Positions 1 through 9,792 of a DNA stretch of 64,000 bases are shown piece after piece; position 1 is the first letter of the stretch; each line of letters begins with the position of its first letter. A model generated the notes under the pieces. That model saw only the letters and a list, made by a program, of their open reading frames with translations, did no database searches and was not told where the DNA came from. Source of the DNA: Longimicrobiales bacterium. Lineage in GTDB: Bacteria > Gemmatimonadota > Gemmatimonadetes > Longimicrobiales > Gaopeijiaceae. The DNA lies in assembly GCA_965248195.1 (NCBI GenBank), contig CBDFIQ010000001.1, forward strand, positions 1,120,001 to 1,184,000. The letters are read 5' to 3'. The translations under genes and the position numbers were made by a program.

Positions 1-222
1 GAGCGGCGCGAACTGGTCGTCGATCATGACGATGCCGTCCTCACCCACCGAGACGCCAATGTTTCCACCCTGACCCGCAAGGTAGTAAACGCTCCCCGCG
101 ACGTGATGCGCCACCACCTCGACGCCGTCGAACCTTCCTTGGGCGAGCGCTTCGCCTGGGAGCGACGCGCTCCCCGCGGCCAAGATCAGGGCCCCATATC
201 CGAGCCTGGACAGAGTGTTCAT
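1..222 (-). CDS. MBL-fold metallo-hydrolase (cyclase-like), secreted; N-terminal part, runs off the window edge
   Basis: Manual translation from ATG at 222 (GGAGGAG RBS upstream): MNTLSRLGYGALILAAG...ALAQ...YYLAGQGGNIGVSVGEDGIVMIDDQFAPL. Signal peptide plus the GGNIG..GEDG..IDDQF start typical of this MBL group. Not in the ORF track. Confidence 0.75.
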   Translation of the reverse strand, partial: MNTLSRLGYGALILAAGSASLPGEALAQGRFDGVEVVAHHVAGSVYYLAGQGGNIGVSVGEDGIVMIDDQFAPL

Positions 223-287
223 GGGTTGGCTCCTCCGACGGTGATGGACGAACGGACTTCCGCTCAGGCAAGGTCTGGCGGGCGCGG

Positions 288-707
288 TCATCCGGCAAGG
301 TCCGCTACTTCACCCTCTTCATCGTGAAGCGCGAAGGCGAAGTAGAGGATGCACGCGACCAGGCCTGGCCCGAGCAGCCACGCGATGATCAAGTCCAGCT
401 CGAACCAGGACAGGATCACTCTTCCGGTGTAGCCGAAACGCACGGTCGCGAACATGGTGAGCGCCAGAAAGTGCAGGATCGCGAGGTTCTGGCCCAAGCA
501 GCCGGGGTTCCAGCCCGTTTGGGCGAGCAGGGCCGACCACAGGAGCACTTCGGGAATCAGGGCGAGGAAGGCTCCCAGTACCAATGCCCAAACCGGAATG
601 CACACCCCCTGGGAAGCCGCCAATGCTTCCACGACTCCCATATTGCCCACGACCGCCAAAGGCAGGAGCAGCCCGAGCGTGACCTTTTCAATGCTGGAAG
701 CGAGCAT
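288..707 (-). CDS. Small integral membrane protein (about 4 TM), unknown function
   Basis: C-terminal 139 aa of ORF 288..1055, from ATG 707 (MLASSIEKVTLGLLLPL...), is strongly hydrophobic and fits between the PQQ gene and the MBL gene. Confidence 0.55.
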   Translation of the reverse strand: MLASSIEKVTLGLLLPLAVVGNMGVVEALAASQGVCIPVWALVLGAFLALIPEVLLWSALLAQTGWNPGCLGQNLAILHFLALTMFATVRFGYTGRVILSWFELDLIIAWLLGPGLVACILYFAFALHDEEGEVADLAG

Positions 708-760
708 AGGGGCTCGGAGGAAGATTCGTTGGGCTGGATTTATGGCAGCCGGAACACGAT

Positions 761-2545
761 CTACGGCAGCTGGAACACGAAGAGTGTGTTGCCCCCACCC
801 CGCTGCCGGATCTCCCGCGTGATGTTCCGGTAGTTTACGCCCCCGCCGGCCGCGATGGCGATATACTGAACGCCGTCCACGCTGTAGCTCACCGGAAACC
901 CCCCGGCGCTCGAGTTGAGGATCTGCTCCCAGAGAATCTCGCCCGTGTCGGCGTCGAACGCCCGGAAACGCCGGGCGTCGTCGGTGACGAAAACCAACCC
1001 GCCCCCCGTGGTCAGCACTGATCCCCCGATTCCGGCCCTTTGCCGATGCGCCCAACGCGTCTGGCCGGTCGCCACGTCCACCGCCGTGAACTGCCCCACT
1101 TGGTCATTGGAGTTCGGCACCTCCACCCGCTGGGAGGTCGCCGAGGCGTGGTACCCTCCGAGCGTGGGCTCCACCGGGTTTAGCGCGTAGGTCATACACG
1201 TGTTGTTGGTGGGCGCGTAGAGGACGTTCGTCTGGGGGCTGTAGGCGACCGCCTGCCAGCTGATGCCGCCCCCGCTGAGGGACGGACAGACCAGGATCTC
1301 CTCCTCGATCGCCCTAAGCTTGAGGTCCGGGTTGGCGATTCCCTTCCGCCCCTGCACGTCGACACCCACGATTACGTTCTGGTAACTCGTCTCTCGCGCC
1401 CAGAGGAAGTCTCCAGTTGCCGCGTCCAGCGTCCAGACGATGCCTGGCTTGCCCGGGACGCCGGTGACCACCTTACGACGGCCCGGCGTGATGTCCGTAT
1501 TCAGCCACGCGACGGCGTCCGGGTCCGGCGCCACCTCGGTCTCTACCAGGATGCGCTCGAAGGGGTGGTCCTGATCCCAATCGTCTCCCGGAAGATGCTG
1601 AAAGTACCACTCGATCTCGCCGGAGTCGGCATTCAAGGCGAGCGTGGAGTTTGTGTAGAGGACGTCTCCACCCCCCGTGTCTCGCTGGACCGATCCCCAG
1701 GGGACCGGCACGGCCACGCCGATATAGATCAGGTTCAGGTCCGGATCGTAGCTCGGAGCAATCCACGCGGAGCCTCCGCGGCGCTGCTCGTCCGGAAGGG
1801 CTCCCCAGGTTTCGCTTCCGGGCTCTCCTTGCCGTGGGATCGTACGCGTGCGCCACAGCTCTTGACCCGTATCCACGTCGTGGGCCGAGATCCAGCAACT
1901 CGTGTTGATGTAGTAGCAGCCGGACATGCCCGCGACGATCTGACCCTTGATGATCTGGGGCCCGCCGGAGTAGTGCTGTCCGATGGTCCAATCCCCGACC
2001 TGATGCTCCCATATCACCTCCCCCGTGCGAGCGTCGAGGGCGACCAGAAAAGCGTCGTGGGTGGCGATGATGAGATGGTCGCCGTAGAGCGCGGCGTTGC
2101 GGTTGGCGCAAGCCAGCGTCGCCGCGTGCTCGACCCGCTCGCGGCGGTACTCCCAGATCAGCGTTCCGTCCCGCGCGTCCACAGCTTCGATGAAGTCACA
2201 CGCCTGAGGCAGGAACATGACACCGTCGTGCACCAGCGGGGTCGTCTCTTGCAGGCCCGGCTCCATGGTCCACGCCCACGCCAGGCGGAGGGTGCCCACG
2301 TTCGACGTATTGATCTGGCCGAGGGGGCTGTACCCCCAATGGTCGTAGGTTCGGCGCCACATGAGCCACTCACCGTCGGGCGGGTTGAGCAGCATGGCCT
2401 CGGTTACGGGCGAATAACTTTCCATGAGGGACTGGGCGCTCGCAGGGGAGGACAGACTGAAGACACCGACGAGGGAGGCGAGAAAAAAGGGGGCGACTGT
2501 TCGGATCGTGCTTCGACCCGTCGGTGCTCGAAGAGGAATGGTCAC
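761..2545 (-). CDS. PQQ-dependent dehydrogenase family beta-propeller protein, secreted
   Basis: Signal peptide; W.M..RTYD.WGYSPL.QI...NV..L.LAW; ETTPLV.DG.M; repeated A.DA.TG...W Trp-docking motifs; C-terminal P.SY.VDG.QY.A.AAGG. Confidence 0.9.
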   Translation of the reverse strand: MTIPLRAPTGRSTIRTVAPFFLASLVGVFSLSSPASAQSLMESYSPVTEAMLLNPPDGEWLMWRRTYDHWGYSPLGQINTSNVGTLRLAWAWTMEPGLQETTPLVHDGVMFLPQACDFIEAVDARDGTLIWEYRRERVEHAATLACANRNAALYGDHLIIATHDAFLVALDARTGEVIWEHQVGDWTIGQHYSGGPQIIKGQIVAGMSGCYYINTSCWISAHDVDTGQELWRTRTIPRQGEPGSETWGALPDEQRRGGSAWIAPSYDPDLNLIYIGVAVPVPWGSVQRDTGGGDVLYTNSTLALNADSGEIEWYFQHLPGDDWDQDHPFERILVETEVAPDPDAVAWLNTDITPGRRKVVTGVPGKPGIVWTLDAATGDFLWARETSYQNVIVGVDVQGRKGIANPDLKLRAIEEEILVCPSLSGGGISWQAVAYSPQTNVLYAPTNNTCMTYALNPVEPTLGGYHASATSQRVEVPNSNDQVGQFTAVDVATGQTRWAHRQRAGIGGSVLTTGGGLVFVTDDARRFRAFDADTGEILWEQILNSSAGGFPVSYSVDGVQYIAIAAGGGVNYRNITREIRQRGGGNTLFVFQLP

Positions 2546-2552
2546 CTGGCTG

Positions 2553-3131
2553 CTAACGCTGAACGGCCGGATTCACGTAACCCGCCTCGAGCACCTTGTT
2601 GGGATCGGGCCGCACACTGAGGTACGTGACGTGATCGGCGATGTCGGTCCAACCGTGGAAGACTCCAGCCGGAATGATGATCACGTCCCCCACCTCCACG
2701 GTGCGGGCCCGACCGCCCTCATTGGTGCCGAACTGGGTGGGTCCGTTGAGGATCCGCACCACCTCGCTGGTAGGCGGCAGCTCCCTGGCGTTCGTCAAGC
2801 TACCGCCGGTCACGAGCGTACCGGTCCCGGAAGTGATGACGTACGTCTCGGTTACCAATGAGTGCGTGATGCCCGAGACCGGAGCACCGCTCCCCTGGGT
2901 GGCGCCCCGATGAATGACGCCCACGGCCAAGTTGTAGCTACCCATGTCCACGATACGAATTTGACGATCCGGGATTGCGCTCTCGACGGCGAGCACGGCC
3001 TCGATGTCGGACATGGGAATGTCGATGGCTGAGGTGGGCCCCCCCTGGGCGTGTACTGTGGTGGGCGGAAGTCCCACGAGAAGGCCGAAGAGGCAGAGAA
3101 CGGGTGTGACGTCGGAGATGACATTGCGCAT
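2553..3131 (-). CDS. Secreted cupin-domain protein (paralog 1)
   Basis: Signal peptide; cupin motifs ITHSLVTETY and GDVIIIPAGVFHGW; 192 aa. Confidence 0.8.
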   Translation of the reverse strand: MRNVISDVTPVLCLFGLLVGLPPTTVHAQGGPTSAIDIPMSDIEAVLAVESAIPDRQIRIVDMGSYNLAVGVIHRGATQGSGAPVSGITHSLVTETYVITSGTGTLVTGGSLTNARELPPTSEVVRILNGPTQFGTNEGGRARTVEVGDVIIIPAGVFHGWTDIADHVTYLSVRPDPNKVLEAGYVNPAVQR

Positions 3132-3146
3132 GGTAGTCTCCTATTG

Positions 3147-3725
3147 CTAACGCTGCACGGCCGGGTTCACGTAACCCGCTTGGAGCACCTTGTTGGGATC
3201 GGGCCGCACGCTGAGGTACGTGACGTGATCGGCGATGTCGGTCCAACCGTGAAAGACGCCGGCCGGAATGATGATCACGTCGCCCACCACCACGGTGCGG
3301 GCCCGTCCTCCGTCGGTGTTGCCGGATTGGCTGGGTCCGTTGAGGATCTGCACCACGCGTCCGGTGGGATCGGCCTCTCTGGGGTTCGTGATGGTACCGC
3401 CGGTCACTAACCTACCGCTCCCCGAAATGATGACGTAGGTCTCGGTCACCAGGGAGTGCATGATGCCCCTGACGGGACCGCCGCTCCCCTGGGTGGCGCC
3501 CCGATGAATGACGCCCACGGCCAGGTTGTAGCTACCCATGTCCACAATCCGGATCTGGCGATCCGTGCCTCCGTTCTCGACGGCGAGCACGGTCTCGATG
3601 TCGGACATGGGAATGTCGATTGCCGACGTGGGACCGCCCTGGGCGTGGCTCGTCGTGGGCCACATGGTCACGAGAAGGCCGAAGAGGCAGAGAACGGGTG
3701 TGACGCGGGAGATGACGTTGCGCAT
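3147..3725 (-). CDS. Secreted cupin-domain protein (paralog 2)
   Basis: ATG at 3725 with AGGAGA RBS; 192 aa, highly similar to 2553..3131 with the same cupin motifs. Confidence 0.8.
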   Translation of the reverse strand: MRNVISRVTPVLCLFGLLVTMWPTTSHAQGGPTSAIDIPMSDIETVLAVENGGTDRQIRIVDMGSYNLAVGVIHRGATQGSGGPVRGIMHSLVTETYVIISGSGRLVTGGTITNPREADPTGRVVQILNGPSQSGNTDGGRARTVVVGDVIIIPAGVFHGWTDIADHVTYLSVRPDPNKVLQAGYVNPAVQR

Positions 3726-3817
3726 GGTAGTCTCCTGTTGCTGGAGCGGTGAACGTGGGGTGGGTGGACCACCGTGGATCGTCCGTAGGTCGGGACGACC
3801 AAGAGGTCGTCGCCCGC

Positions 3818-4750
3818 CTACAAGACCTGTGCTTCGCGCATCACGGCTTCGCACTTCCGGCGGATCTCGGTGGCGACCTGGAACGGATCCCCCCTCACCA
3901 ACTCGGCCCGAAACAACTCTACGGAAAGCGCTCCGTCGTACTCTTTCTCGGCCAGCTTCCGGAGGATCCGGTTCAACGGCGCGATTCCGTCGCCGGGGAT
4001 CAGCCTCGAGTCGTTGTTGATCAGCTCGCGGGGCCCAGCGAGCAGATCCTGGAAGTGTGCATGGGCGAGCTCACCCGGCTCGAGCAGGTCCAGATCTTCG
4101 AATTTGCTCAGTCCCGACCAGAAGTGGAAGAAGTCGAGCATGGGTCGGACGTTGGGATGCGCAGCCTCTCGGATCATCTGGAGCGAGGAGGCGAGGGTCG
4201 CCAGGTGCGTCGAGGTGCGAAGAAATTCGATCATCGCCGTCAGGTTGTACTCTCTGGCGATCTCTCCGGTCTCACGGATGCAGTCGGGCGTCGCCGCGAA
4301 GTCTTCGGTGGTGACCGGCCGCCTGGTGCTCGACGGGGAGTAGACCTTCTGCAGTCCGAGGCTGGCTACCTGATCGCAACGACTTCTCCAGGTCTCGAGC
4401 GATGCTGCCCTTGCCGGACCCGGGATCCAAATATCCGGCAAGCCCGCGGAAGCGGAAACCGGTGTCAATCCCAGATCGGTCAGAAGGTTTCTTGCGCCGG
4501 CCAAGGTATCATTCTCGAGGAAACCGTCGAGCAAGCCGGTATTCAGCTCGACGTACTGGATTCCAGCTCTCGCCCAACCCTCGAGTGACCCCCGGAATCC
4601 GGCTGCTCGGGAGGTATTCTGGTGAATACTGAGCAGCATCTTGCCAGGAGGGGCGGTCTGCGCGTGAGCCACCCGCGCCAGGGGCGCGTGAGCCACCCGC
4701 GCCAGGGGAGCCGCCAAAGTGGCTAAGACGAAGGTTCGGCGAGTGGGCAT
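3818..4750 (-). CDS. Sugar phosphate isomerase/epimerase family TIM-barrel protein with Tat signal
   Basis: TRRTFV Tat motif; MIEF, DFFHF, HAHFQD, R.IPGDG, SVELF metal-binding pattern of the AP endonuclease 2/IolE family. Confidence 0.85.
   Translation of the reverse strand: MPTRRTFVLATLAAPLARVAHAPLARVAHAQTAPPGKMLLSIHQNTSRAAGFRGSLEGWARAGIQYVELNTGLLDGFLENDTLAGARNLLTDLGLTPVSASAGLPDIWIPGPARAASLETWRSRCDQVASLGLQKVYSPSSTRRPVTTEDFAATPDCIRETGEIAREYNLTAMIEFLRTSTHLATLASSLQMIREAAHPNVRPMLDFFHFWSGLSKFEDLDLLEPGELAHAHFQDLLAGPRELINNDSRLIPGDGIAPLNRILRKLAEKEYDGALSVELFRAELVRGDPFQVATEIRRKCEAVMREAQVL
4661..4708. repeat. 24-bp perfect tandem duplication in the signal peptide (APLARVAH x2)
   Basis: cgcgtgagccacccgcgccagggg occurs twice in tandem. 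Confidence 0.9.
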
Positions 4751-4797
4751 ACGCCTACTGTATCGTCAATTGCGGGCAGCCGCCACATGGGCGGCCA

Positions 4798-6423
4798 TTA
4801 CCGTCCGATCTCGTCGGCGTCCACCGTCACCGGTCTCGTTGGGGGCCTGCTCACCGCCTCCAAGAATGCGTCCCCGTACCGTTCGAGCTTCAGCGGCCCA
4901 ACGCCCGAGACGGCCAGGAGCTCCTCCGGTGTGGAGGGACGTCCCTCGGCCATGGCACGCAGGGTCTTGTCGTTGAAAACGATGTAGGCCGGCACACCTT
5001 GGTGGTCCGCAATGGACTTGCGAAGCTCTCGCAGGTTCTGAAACAGGACCTCCCCCTCGTCAGAGAGTGGCCCCGGTTCGGCGACTCGATCATATGACTT
5101 CGAGGATCGCCGTCGGGGGCTCATCGCGGTGGCCGCCATCATCCCCTCCGCCGCCAAGTCCTCCGCCTTCACACCCGTGCACCAATCGCAGGACGTGCCA
5201 CAAGGTTCGATTTCCTCGCCGAAGTGGCCGAGGATTTTCCCGTGGCGGCATCCGCCGTTCTCCACCAACCGGAAAAAAGACTTGGCCGCCTCGACCTTGG
5301 TCCAGAACAGGTCGGGGTCGTCGATGTCGCTCAGGAATCGCTCCTGGAGCTTCACATCGGCCCAGGAATAGAAGAGAAAGCAGTCGCTTTCCAGCCCGTC
5401 CCTACCCGCGCGGCCCATCTCCTGATACCAGGACTCCACGTCCTTGGGCATGTCCCGATGGATGATGAAGCGCACATTCGACTTGTCGATTCCCATGCCG
5501 AAGGCGATGGTCGCGACGATCACGTCGGTGTCGTCCCGCGCGAACGCGTCCTGGTTCGCCGCCCGATCGGCGTCTTCCATTCCCGCGTGATACGGCAACG
5601 CCCGTACCCCCTGATCACTGAGGAAATCGGCCATCTGATCGACCGCCTTCCGCGAAGCGCAGTACAGGATGCCGCTCTGCCCCGACCGTGCCTGGATCAG
5701 CCCTGCGATCTCGCGGCGCGTGGGTCCCGTACCCTTCCTCCTGCAGTAGATGTTCAGGTTGGGGCGGAAGAACGAGCCCTTGAAGCCGGCCGGCTTGCTC
5801 ATGTCGAGTTGCCGGATGATGTCGCGAGCCACGACGTTGGTGGCGGTTGCAGTGAGCGCCAGCACGGGTACACCCGGTAACGCCTCCCGGAGCCTTTGCA
5901 GCCGCCGGTACGACGGTCGGAAGTCGTGGCCCCATTGGCTGATGCAGTGGGCCTCGTCGACGACGAGCAGCGAGAGCGGCCAGTTTCCGGCCTCCCGGCT
6001 CAAGCGGCCGTCGAGTCCTTCCGGGGCCAGATAGACGAGCTCGTACTCGCCGGCTCTGAGCGCCTGGAGTCTCCGCTCTCGCTCGCCCGGCTCCAACGAC
6101 GAGTTGATCGCAGCGGCCCGAAAGCCCAGCTCGTTGAGTGCATCCACCTGGTCCTTCATGAGGGAAATCAGCGGCGACACCACGAGCACCGTGCCGTCCA
6201 ACATGCGGGCCGGCACCTGAAACGTCAGAGATTTGCCAGCGCCGGTGGGCATGAGCGCGATGCAGTCCCGGCCGTCGACCACGGCCTCGATGACTTCTAG
6301 CTGGCCCGGGCGGAAGTCCTCGTAGCCGAATACGTCGCGAAGAATGCCGAGGGGCGTGGCCGTCGGGTCGGGGGCGATCGGGGACTCCGTGTCCGGGTAG
6401 CGGATGCGAGCCCCAACGTACAC
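4798..6423 (-). CDS. recQ: ATP-dependent DNA helicase RecQ (start approximate)
   Basis: [56 protein letters not shown], Zn motif CR..C..CD.C, C-terminal HRDC ([11 protein letters not shown]). The track ORF extension to 6978 overlaps the next gene and is not used. Confidence 0.92.
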   Translation of the reverse strand: MYVGARIRYPDTESPIAPDPTATPLGILRDVFGYEDFRPGQLEVIEAVVDGRDCIALMPTGAGKSLTFQVPARMLDGTVLVVSPLISLMKDQVDALNELGFRAAAINSSLEPGERERRLQALRAGEYELVYLAPEGLDGRLSREAGNWPLSLLVVDEAHCISQWGHDFRPSYRRLQRLREALPGVPVLALTATATNVVARDIIRQLDMSKPAGFKGSFFRPNLNIYCRRKGTGPTRREIAGLIQARSGQSGILYCASRKAVDQMADFLSDQGVRALPYHAGMEDADRAANQDAFARDDTDVIVATIAFGMGIDKSNVRFIIHRDMPKDVESWYQEMGRAGRDGLESDCFLFYSWADVKLQERFLSDIDDPDLFWTKVEAAKSFFRLVENGGCRHGKILGHFGEEIEPCGTSCDWCTGVKAEDLAAEGMMAATAMSPRRRSSKSYDRVAEPGPLSDEGEVLFQNLRELRKSIADHQGVPAYIVFNDKTLRAMAEGRPSTPEELLAVSGVGPLKLERYGDAFLEAVSRPPTRPVTVDADEIGR

Positions 6424-6476
6424 GAATGCATGGGGCGGGGAGAGGGGTGGGTGGGTCTGATTGCGGGCACCGCTCC

Positions 6477-7163
6477 CTATCGCTCCGGAATCCGAGCCAC
6501 CCAGATGAGGTGCCGAGCGCCCTTCCCCCGGTGCGCCCGCACCACGACCTCCTCCACTGCGAAACCGGCCTGGCCTAGGCGTTTCGTGAACGAGCGATCC
6601 GGCCCGGCCGACCACACCGCGAGCACGCCCTTGGGCCGGAGCGCGTTGTAGGACGCGTTCAGCCCGGCTCTCGAGTAGAGCCAATTGTTGGCCTCTTGGG
6701 TCAATCCCTCCGGGCCGTTGTCGACGTCCAACAAGATGGCGTCGAAGGACCGCGGCTCCGCCCTCAGAATGAGGGAGACGTCGACCTCCTGCACTGTGAC
6801 CCGCCCGTCCCGGAGAGGATGACCGGCGTGCTCGCCGAGAGGGCCCCGGTTCCACTCGACCACAGCAGGCACCAACTCGGCCATCACCACTTCCGCGTCG
6901 GGCCCGAGGTGGCGCAGCGCCGCAGCCAACGTGAAGCCAACGCCCAGGCCGCCGATCAGCACGCGGGGCCGCTCGCACAAGGCGACCTCGGGGCAGGTGA
7001 GGTCCGCCAGCGCCTCCGCCGACCCGTGGGTCCGAGTGCTCATCAGGTCCTGGCCGCCCACGACCTTGATCACGAAGTCCTCGCCGTGCTGGTAGAGCGC
7101 GAGCTCACCCCCGTCGCCCGGGATCGGTGCGGTATCGAGTAATTTCACTCGGGTCCTAGACAT
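6477..7163 (-). CDS. Spermidine synthase-like SAM-dependent methyltransferase
   Basis: LMS...[17 protein letters not shown]-binding motif, [12 protein letters not shown]. Confidence 0.8.
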   Translation of the reverse strand: MSRTRVKLLDTAPIPGDGGELALYQHGEDFVIKVVGGQDLMSTRTHGSAEALADLTCPEVALCERPRVLIGGLGVGFTLAAALRHLGPDAEVVMAELVPAVVEWNRGPLGEHAGHPLRDGRVTVQEVDVSLILRAEPRSFDAILLDVDNGPEGLTQEANNWLYSRAGLNASYNALRPKGVLAVWSAGPDRSFTKRLGQAGFAVEEVVVRAHRGKGARHLIWVARIPER

Positions 7164-7370
7164 GTCAGGCCGAGCCCGGCTCGTGTGGTTCCTCCGCCTC
7201 CTGCGGCGAGAACAGTTTACCTATACAGGGAGCGTCAATCCACCGGTGACGATGAGGCGCCACGGCCCACACAGCCTGGCCCGAGTTCTAACCTTCCTCC
7301 ATCTTCCAGTGCGGACTCCGCATGCTACGGGTCCCTCTCCTATGAGCTTTTCGAACCCACAGGGCGCCCA

Positions 7371-8057
7371 TTGGCCAACCTGAGTCCGTCGGAGACCGAA
7401 GGCTCCCTGCGGTGGCGCTCCTGGATTTCCAGGGTGCTGGTGGAGTCGGTGCTGGTGGTCGGGAGCATACTCCTAGCCCTCGGCCTCGACGAGTGGAGCG
7501 AGGATCGGGAGTTCGAGGATCTTGCAAGCCGCTCGCTGGTCAACTTTGAACGGGAAATCCAGCAAAACCGCCTCCGTGTGGAGGACGTCGCCCTATTCCA
7601 TGCCGGGCTTCGGGACGTTCTGGCCAATATGGACGCCGGCGGCGAGGCCGTGCCTACGACCACCATCCGAAACATCATGGAGGGCTTTCAGCCCGCCCTT
7701 CTGGTCAGCACGGCGTGGGAAACGGCAGTTGCAACCGGCGCCTTGGGATACATGGATTACGATGTCGTTGCCGGCCTCTCGCTTACCTACAACATGCAGG
7801 GGCGTCTGGCGACCCTGAACCAATCGGGGCTGAATGATCTTCTGGTGGGAGGGTTCCGAAGCGGGGAAGCGGATTTGCTGGTCTATGCGGCCAACCGCTA
7901 CATGCGGGAGTTGACGGAGGCGGAGCAGCGGCTCCAGGGGGTCTACGACCTGGTGCTCGGCCTCATCGCAGAAACGATCGGAGAGCGCCAAGACACCGCT
8001 GTGGAGGCAGACCCAACGGCACGGGCAGACGCGACGGCACGGGCAGACGCTCCTTAG
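7371..8057 (+). CDS. Hypothetical protein with N-terminal TM helix (start approximate)
   Basis: E.VLVVGSILLAL.LDEW.E.R TM anchor followed by a helical domain; TTG start at 7371. Confidence 0.65.
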   Translation: MANLSPSETEGSLRWRSWISRVLVESVLVVGSILLALGLDEWSEDREFEDLASRSLVNFEREIQQNRLRVEDVALFHAGLRDVLANMDAGGEAVPTTTIRNIMEGFQPALLVSTAWETAVATGALGYMDYDVVAGLSLTYNMQGRLATLNQSGLNDLLVGGFRSGEADLLVYAANRYMRELTEAEQRLQGVYDLVLGLIAETIGERQDTAVEADPTARADATARADAP

Positions 8058-8070
8058 GGGGGTCCGCCCG

Positions 8071-8562
8071 TCAATTCAGCGGATAGCCCTCATCGCCGGG
8101 CAGCCTTCCGTCGATACGGATTACCTTGAGGTCGGGGCCCACCTCAGACATCGGCACGAATCCGATGGATCCGGGAATGACCGCACCCAGATCTCGGAGC
8201 ATGTCTGTGCTGAACACGATTTTGGGCCCCGACGCCACCTCGCTGCGAAACATCTTCGCGATCCAGTACTGTCGGTAGCGGTCCTCGCTCATGCCGTAGA
8301 CTGCGGTCAAGACCAGGTCGCGCTCGGGCGCGATCGCAGCCCTCACTAGGAGCGTGATCCGCGAGCGATCCCGCCAATGCTGCTGTTCCGCCAGGAAGAT
8401 GCTCTTGAGCTGGGTGAGCGACAGATCGTCGACGGCGACCTGCGGATGGACGACGATGGCAACAGCCTCCCGCGTCGCGACCTGTGCCTCGACCAGAGAA
8501 GCCATCGCACCCGGCGCCGCGATCGTGACCAAGGCCACGACAGTTGCCCGCACCATACTCAC
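8071..8562 (-). CDS. Small periplasmic binding-protein-like (PstS/PBP2-type) protein
   Basis: Signal peptide; AIVVHP...LS..QL..IFL....W and PGSIGFV motifs; overlaps the porin stop codon. Confidence 0.75.
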   Translation of the reverse strand: MSMVRATVVALVTIAAPGAMASLVEAQVATREAVAIVVHPQVAVDDLSLTQLKSIFLAEQQHWRDRSRITLLVRAAIAPERDLVLTAVYGMSEDRYRQYWIAKMFRSEVASGPKIVFSTDMLRDLGAVIPGSIGFVPMSEVGPDLKVIRIDGRLPGDEGYPLN

Positions 8563-9620
8563 CCCCCTCGAGAGCCGGCCAGAACGAAGCTGGCTTGTGC
8601 GTAGAGACTGCTCGTTTCGGGCAGCCCCTCGAACTGTTCGTAGCGATACTCCAAGCGCAGAGCCAGGAAAACCCCGGGATCATACCGGACTCCGGCCACG
8701 ACCCCGTCGTAGTTCAAGCCCAGAGGCCCGAAAACGTACGCGTCGAAAGGTACGACGACCTGCTCGATCCTGACGTAAGGCTTCAGTGAAATGGCCGAGC
8801 CACGCAGCCGGTACCCGAACTGGACGTAGTACCCATTTGAGCCGGGGAAGTCTCCGGCGCCGGTCACGGGGTCATGGGTCACGTGGGCGTATTCGGCGAG
8901 GATCTCGGGACCGCCGCGGTCCAACGCAGCGTGCAGCGAGTAGATCCGTTCATCGGCATCGCTCCCGTCGGGTGCCAGAAGTCGGTCGCTGTAAAAGCTC
9001 GCGCCGAGCTCCAGTCCGGCGATCGAGACCGGTCGCGACCGTATCCGCGCCACCCACGCAAGTTGGTCGTTGACGTCGCCGGCGTCCCCGGCACGCGCGC
9101 TGTTGGCGGCCCTCCCGTTGCCGATTCCCAGTCTATAGCCGAGCCCCAGCGGGGAGGCCGGCATTCCACCTTCGACGATGAGGCCCACGAAGTGGGTCGG
9201 GATGAAGCGGCTCCCGAACTTGATCATCTCGGGCCGCGCCACCGAGGTCTGTAGCCAGGACCCATGGTGGAACGCCGTGTTCCAATACCCCACCGGCGTG
9301 TGGAACCGACCCGCGGAGACCTTGAGAATATCGGTGAAATCGTACCGAACCAGGGCACGCTCGACCTCGATCGAATAGCCGTTGTCCCTGCCCGTGACCG
9401 AGACCTCGCCAAAAAACGTGAACCGCTCGTCGATGTCGGCAATCACGTGGCCCACCATCTGGCCCATGCGGAACCCTTCTTGGCGATCCAACTCGGTCAC
9501 CAGATAGTTGAAGTCACCGAACCCCATGACCCGAACGAGGGGGTCATCGAGCGCCTGGCCGGTGAGCCCCACGGCGGGCGAAAGAACTATGACGAGTACG
9601 CCTAACCAGGATCCACGCAT
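8559..9620 (-). CDS. Outer-membrane porin-like beta-barrel protein
   Basis: Signal peptide; VERA, GRFHTPVGYWN...HHG motif; alternating beta-strand pattern. Confidence 0.75.
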   Translation of the reverse strand: MRGSWLGVLVIVLSPAVGLTGQALDDPLVRVMGFGDFNYLVTELDRQEGFRMGQMVGHVIADIDERFTFFGEVSVTGRDNGYSIEVERALVRYDFTDILKVSAGRFHTPVGYWNTAFHHGSWLQTSVARPEMIKFGSRFIPTHFVGLIVEGGMPASPLGLGYRLGIGNGRAANSARAGDAGDVNDQLAWVARIRSRPVSIAGLELGASFYSDRLLAPDGSDADERIYSLHAALDRGGPEILAEYAHVTHDPVTGAGDFPGSNGYYVQFGYRLRGSAISLKPYVRIEQVVVPFDAYVFGPLGLNYDGVVAGVRYDPGVFLALRLEYRYEQFEGLPETSSLYAQASFVLAGSRGG

Positions 9621-9792
9621 GGCTTGGGCTCTCAGCACCTATTGAGGTTGTCTTGAATTGAGGTCGTCTTGAAACACGGTTCCGTGCCGTGCCGAACCTT
9701 GCACGACCCCGGCCGACTCTCGGCCCGGGACCCACGCTACGTGAGCATCGGACCCTTAGCAACATCCCGGTGCGTTCAGCCTGGGAAAGCCC

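Noticed and set aside
6424..6978. Long N-terminal extension of RecQ in the ORF track
   Set aside because: It overlaps the methyltransferase gene in another frame and is low-complexity Arg/Gly sequence typical of GC-rich shadow frames.
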